A DNA stretch of 64,000 bases from Eledone cirrhosa (Eukaryota): assembly GCA_964016885.1 (NCBI GenBank), contig OZ024740.1, positions 262,074,001 to 262,138,000 of the forward strand, read 5' to 3'. Shown in pieces: positions 63,493 to 64,000 of this stretch (position 1 is its first letter; each line of letters starts with the position of its first letter). The translations under genes were made by a program, and so were the position numbers. The notes below the pieces were generated by a model. That model ran no database searches and was not told the DNA's origin. It saw only the letters and a program-made list of their open reading frames with translations.

Positions 63493-64000
63493 AAATATAT
63501 CATACCTAAACTGTTCCTAGATTCCTCGACTACGTAATTTCGTGGCATAAACAAAAACAATACATCATAAAGATATAGAGTCCTTGCGAGGTCTGCCGAC
63601 TTATCAAGAGGATACCTCGTTTTACTAGCTTCAAGAACGCGTCTACATGACGTGAGAAAGAATCCCAAAAGGCGGAGGGGGAGATAGTCACGCGATATAA
63701 CGGTCGAGAAACAGAGCTAAGCCTCTTATAACCCTGAAGAAAATACCACGGAGGCGGAGGGGGTATTTATATCGAAGCCGTAGAAGAGGTGGTGAAGGGG
63801 GTGAGAAGTATGTGTAATGGCAGCTTTCCAGCAGTCACCATACTTCAAAGATTACTCGACCAGAGGGAGTTATGAACAATATATTTAGAAACACACAGAT
63901 ACATGCGGACACACACATATACATGAATGCATCCACACCCAACCGTGAGTTAATGGTGCCAACCTTACCGATGTTGCTCAAGTTTAGGTATGATATATTT
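63493..64000. mobile_element. Element with inverted repeats of at least 20 bp (63493-63512 and 63981-64000), cut by the window edge; PLE-like or MITE
   Basis: AAATATATCATACCTAAACT and its exact reverse complement AGTTTAGGTATGATATATTT at the last 20 bases. Lies close to a (TA)n tract. Confidence 0.5.

Overview
Eukaryotic, gene-free, heterochromatin-like window. The tRNA/CORE-type SINE at ~12.9-13.1 kb and the retroelement mix resemble Octopus or other cephalopod DNA; this is an inference and was not checked. There are three zones. (1) 1-16.25 kb is a pile-up of disrupted non-LTR retrotransposons, mostly abutting (AAT)n microsatellites: three R4/Dong-like RLE elements (all +), six L1/Tx1-like elements or 3' fragments (all -), a tRNA-derived SINE (-) and two degenerate LINE-like 3' ends. 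(2) ~16.28-62.11 kb is one uninterrupted 40-bp satellite array of roughly 1,140 monomers (AGTCTTGAAGTCTAGGACACTGTCTCAGACAGGCTCGGAC). It is built from ~10-bp pseudo-palindromic subunits resembling p53 half-sites and SMAD boxes, and shows kilobase-scale internal duplications and variant zoning. (3) 62.1-64 kb holds (TA/TG)n tracts and a perfect 120-bp inverted repeat whose arms each carry a minimal Penelope-type hammerhead ribozyme fold. No intact host gene, rRNA, tRNA or CRISPR array is supported. The best candidates for novelty are the orientation-specific (AAT)n-targeted retroelement nest, the decamer-derived satellite and the paired hammerheads.
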